Virus record (IMG/VR): IMGVR_UViG_3300032318_001140
Location: 1 to 45,138 of that record
DNA from: a virus
Taxonomy: Duplodnaviria > Caudoviricetes
Direction: 5' to 3' (one strand)
DNA: 45,138 nucleotides
A model generated the notes under the pieces. It saw only the letters and a list, made by a program, of their open reading frames with translations, had not been told where the DNA came from and made no database searches. Positions 44,862 through 45,138 of this stretch are shown here, in pieces (positions within the stretch are counted from its first letter, which is position 1; each line of letters opens with the position of its first letter). The translations under genes were made by a program, and so were the position numbers.

Positions 44862-45138
44862 CTCCATTCATAAGTAGTTATGCCTACATCCCCTACGACA
44901 TGCTAGGGGAGCATAAATCTAAATTTAGTAATGAGGCTAGTGTAAACATTAAAAATGCCCTTACACATATACCTACTAAGTTTATGGAGGATGGTAAAGA
45001 TACTAGAATAACTGCTTATGATGACACCAGCTACAAAACCCACTTAGGAGTTCCTCTTGAGTGGGCTTTGAAGCCTGGTAGATACGATCATTTACCGTGG
45101 GAGGATAGAACTTGTATGGGTACTATGCGGTTAAAAGC
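44858..45138 (+). CDS. Partial CDS running off the window (possibly N-terminus of an SF2 helicase)
   Basis: ATGA overlap; frame open to the edge (MTPFISSYAYIP...LGVPLEWA...). No catalytic motif visible, so the product is a guess. Confidence 0.6.
   Translation, partial: MTPFISSYAYIPYDMLGEHKSKFSNEASVNIKNALTHIPTKFMEDGKDTRITAYDDTSYKTHLGVPLEWALKPGRYDHLPWEDRTCMGTMRLK

Noticed and set aside
1-45138. Stop-codon reassignment, given frequent TAG trinucleotides
   Set aside because: Genes are full length and densely packed under the standard code; TAG, TGA and TAA all end genes.
1-45138. Integrated prophage boundaries, tRNA genes
   Set aside because: No integrase, att-like junction, host genes or cloverleaf seen; the few intergenic gaps are otherwise explained.

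Overview
All 45 kb is an AT-rich segment of a tailed dsDNA phage genome (myovirus-type). No host genes, integrase, repressor, terminase, endolysin, tRNA or CRISPR array are recognisable. Layout, left to right: (1) 1-7.8 kb, repeat-rich fibre or decoration-like genes. (2) 8.6-16.7 kb, head and neck: PBSX-type portal, SPP1 gp7/MuF-like protein, XkdF-like protease, scaffold, major capsid, head-tail joining genes. (3) 16.7-31.7 kb, P2-like contractile tail: V, W, J, I, collar, DUF4815-like, sheath, tube, E/E' with -1 frameshift, tape measure, U, X, D. (4) A reverse-strand pair including a Ycf46-like AAA+ ATPase. (5) A structured divergent non-coding region. (6) A replication module: an exonuclease-less PolA-superfamily (TV-Pol-like) protein, a possible initiator, a degenerate loader, DnaB, family A DNA polymerase with a degenerate UDG domain and a 135-aa mini-intein, DnaG-type primase and an SSB-like protein. 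The best candidate for an undescribed system is 33.35-35.85 kb. It has two outward-facing G-quadruplex motifs on opposite strands, a short promoter-to-terminator RNA complementary to the start region of the next gene, and that gene, a second PolA-fold polymerase. This arrangement suggests an RNA-controlled, polymerase-primed origin. Other points of note are a candidate antisense sRNA behind the capsid gene, many -10-only and often leaderless promoters, a prohead protease apparently split across two ORFs, and a small 'TDY' module inserted in about five virion proteins. All family assignments come from motif recognition and gene order by eye; no database searches were run.
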